Assembly: GCA_030141605.1 (NCBI GenBank)
Contig: JAQGDQ010000140.1
Coordinates: 372,001-436,000 of the forward strand
Direction of reading: 5' to 3'
DNA: 64,000 bases
DNA from: Tubiluchus corallicola
Lineage: Eukaryota > Animalia > Priapulida
The notes under the pieces are model-generated. The model worked only from the letters and a program-made list of their open reading frames with translations, had not been told where the DNA came from and ran no database searches. Position numbers and translations under genes: made by a program. Positions 61,052 through 64,000 of this stretch are shown here, piece by piece (the first letter of the stretch is position 1; each line of letters begins with the position of its first letter).

Positions 61052-62812
61052 CTGAAAGAAAGAAAAGAAGCTGGAAATCAGGAAGTTTTTTTGTCAAAAA
61101 ATGTTCATCCTGAAATGTTTATTTTAAGCAAAAACGTGAAGAATCGTCAATTGTTTGCAAAGGTTAAAAGCAAAAACCAATCATGATTAACAATATTGCT
61201 AAGAATCAACACAATATTTTACTAAACTTAAAATTTAATTATTACAAACATGTTAAACCTCTTACTGAAATATCAAAAAATTAAAAATCACAACGAAGCT
61301 TTATAGACCCAAAAAATCTTTCTGAACAATGCTCGGCCATCTCTGATTGGCCCATTAGATCATTTTACAAAATGGTAGAAATTAACTAATGTTTAGACAC
61401 TAAATGTTAGAAAACATGGCATTTTGCAACAGTGGATGCACACACGGGTTAACAGTGAAAACTGAACGGTCTCAATAGACCTAGAATTCATTGCAAACAA
61501 TAGATTACAAAACAGTTACAGTGAATGAAGATGAATTAACGATGCACTGATTCCTATTGTAGATCAATTAATTTAAGTGCAAGACACAAGTGTGTACACT
61601 GGGACAAGGGTATCAGTTGGGACGAAAGATTAGTCAGACAGAGACTCAAACACCTGCCTGAACTGACCACACAAGTGCTCGTCGTAAAAGCAGAGTAACC
61701 AAATTAAAACTATTTAGCCATATTTGCAAATTATCAAACGGGAAATTTCTGTGACAGTTTATAACGTCATGAAGCGAAATTTAATACGTTAACATTCTTC
61801 CTGACTTTCATTTAGCAGTTTATTTAATGCATTTTACTTCATTTGCCAGCTGAATGAATGACTTACTTTTTTACACAGAGTAACGTTAGAATTCAAAATA
61901 CTCAAATAACTATTTTAAACAAAAAAAATTACCCTCATATACGATATGAAAATCATCCAAAACTAACTACACTATTAAAATGCTTCTTATATTAAGCAAA
62001 ACACTCTTACAGAGGTAAAGACTACTACTTCATAATGCCCATCTAATGCTCTTAATGCATCTCACTGCTCAAACTTGTAAAAATGCAGTATTGGTAAAAA
62101 TATTAGTCTTATTACATGCATATCATATTCAGGCATTTCTGAATAACTAGAAAAAGACTAGAAGAAATAAGTCAAGATATTTCAGTTGTTAAAAGACATT
62201 AAATACTGCTTAGGAAGTACTACTATATAGTTATATGTGTACTTCAAAATGCACGAAACCAAAACATTTCTACTAAGTAGAAGATAACATGTCATAGAAA
62301 ATGTATTTCAGTTACAGGCATGCTTAGGTCAAAGTTCAAGTACACCTTTGCCTTCCCTCATAAGACAAGCAGTATAAACATGACATATTTAAGATAAACA
62401 GTATATAAAAAATGCTAATAACTACTAGGGAACACAAAGAAACGATACAAAAGCAGATAAAAGAGGTATTGCCGCCATAGCAAGAGCTTAGCAAGCCAAG
62501 CTTCATAAATTTCTAATAGGTCACTGACAATAGGTTTACATACAAAGTGCTGACATGATGTTTCTGCCATTTTAAAATTTTAAACTCATGTAAAAGTTGC
62601 ATCGAAGAATATGAACTTTAAACATATAGTTCAAATTTGTGAACTCAAGTAAGTGAAAATGTTTATGATCAGCACATATTTTGCAGAAAAAGCAGTTGCT
62701 TAAGACAAACGCAGATCTTGAACGGCAGAAATGTCAACAAGAGATTTGGCTTATGCACATATATGGTAAAAAGAAAGTAAAACGGGGCGCATGCAATACC
62801 AGGGTTATGTAC

Positions 62813-62836
62813 CTGTGTCTGTATCATTGCAATCGC
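62813..62836 (-). CDS. ATP2B: Candidate 24-nt phase-0 microexon of PMCA (AIAMIQTQ)
   Basis: The minus strand reads ggttttcttacag|GCGATTGCAATGATACAGACACAG|gtacat. IQTQ is the sequence that directly precedes IRVVNAFR in PMCAs. A TGCATG lies in the downstream intron (62790-62795). Confidence 0.65.
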
Positions 62837-64000
62837 CTGTAAGAAAACCAGTTCACCTCAATAAAACAATGGAAAATAAAGGAACACAATGCACAAAAAA
62901 ACAATGGGTGCTTCATGTCAACCCGATTGTTATCAGTGTATTGTGCTGCAACCTGGTGCCACAAAAACTAAGCCAAATCTAGACGTAAAACAAATAAGGC
63001 TTGTTTTTTGTCTTAATTACCAAGGTAAAATACTTTGTTTCGAACAACGACAACTGGATTTTAACAGTGAAATAATTTGGCACATGCTATTAATTATAGA
63101 CTATGCTAAACCAGTATTCTTAATTAACTTTTTTAAGTTTACTTATAAAATCTACTACATTATGTTGAAGCGTATAAATTACTAAAGTGATATAAAACAC
63201 TAAGTAAAGACAACTACTAAGGACAGCAGACAAAGAATTTACATTAATGCAAAAAAAAATGACGTTTGATATTTCTCTTTGACATACAATACACAATGCA
63301 TGTAAATGAAAGACACTGCTTCATGAAAATAACAACAAAATGAAAAATAAATAAAATATAAAATAATATCACATTTACTGCAGCCCAGAATAGCAATAAA
63401 GTGATTAATCAATCATGATTTCTTAGCTCAGTTTTAGCTGATAAAAACCCCTAGATTACTCTAGAAACCTGCTGTTAAACAAGCACCATATTTAAGAAGA
63501 AAATGAGAAGTTTATTGGAATGACGTGCTTTCATGCTCACGTGTGTAATTTTAAAAGATACGCTTTTAAACAGAAATTAATGGGTGTGCCTTACTAGAGT
63601 AATCTCTCTTACGTAGTACTTATCAGACACGCAAAAATAAGGTTGGGATCAAAGGATTGAGCAGGAATAATAGTTAGTGCTGTGCTTGATCACGTGTGTT
63701 TTGAAAGTCACTAAAAAAAAAGAGCAAATATTTTAGCATTACTGCGCTAGATAAGTTAACAATAAGCATCGATTATTATCTATAATCATCGATTATCGTA
63801 TAGATATGAAAAATTTGTTTTTATCATTATTTACCCTGTACTGTATTTTTAGTGTCACTTTTCCAGTCATGTGCAGCTTGCATAGGTAATTATTTGTCTA
63901 TCGCTGCTTACATATTTAAGAATCACTATGACAAACAAAGTTGAGTTTCGTAACTAGCAGCCATTTAGGTATGAAGCACTGAATGCACTGAAACACTTAA

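Overview
AT-rich, intron-rich animal genomic DNA with GT-AG introns, TTAGGG-like repeats and LINE/SINE/MITE relics. The gene types suggest an invertebrate, possibly lophotrochozoan (inference). Exons were spliced by hand and frame-checked. (1) Two tandem + strand paralogous SLC23/NAT (nucleobase-ascorbate transporter) genes, each with 12 coding exons: 2221-14205 (597 aa) and 17016-36989 (599 aa), both with non-canonical substrate-site motifs. (2) An intronless, motif-degenerate rhodopsin-class GPCR (23454-24425, - strand) nested antisense in intron 3 of the second SLC23 copy only. (3) A complete 11-coding-exon hybrid cluster protein gene (hcp, prismane, 'hydroxylamine reductase'; 45296-55074, +, 633 aa). 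It keeps all Fe-S ligands and carries a 62-aa mitochondrial-type presequence on its own exon, joined just before the prokaryote-like MFCFQCEQT start. This is the most striking feature: an enzyme typical of anaerobic microbes, fully intronised and apparently organelle-targeted in an animal. (4) The 3' end of a convergent - strand plasma-membrane Ca2+-ATPase (PMCA/ATP2B) gene missed by the ORF track: a terminal exon IRVVNAFR...ATPV* (60857-61051) and a candidate 24-nt microexon AIAMIQTQ (62813-62836). hcp intron 6 also holds a ~400-bp near-perfect palindrome.
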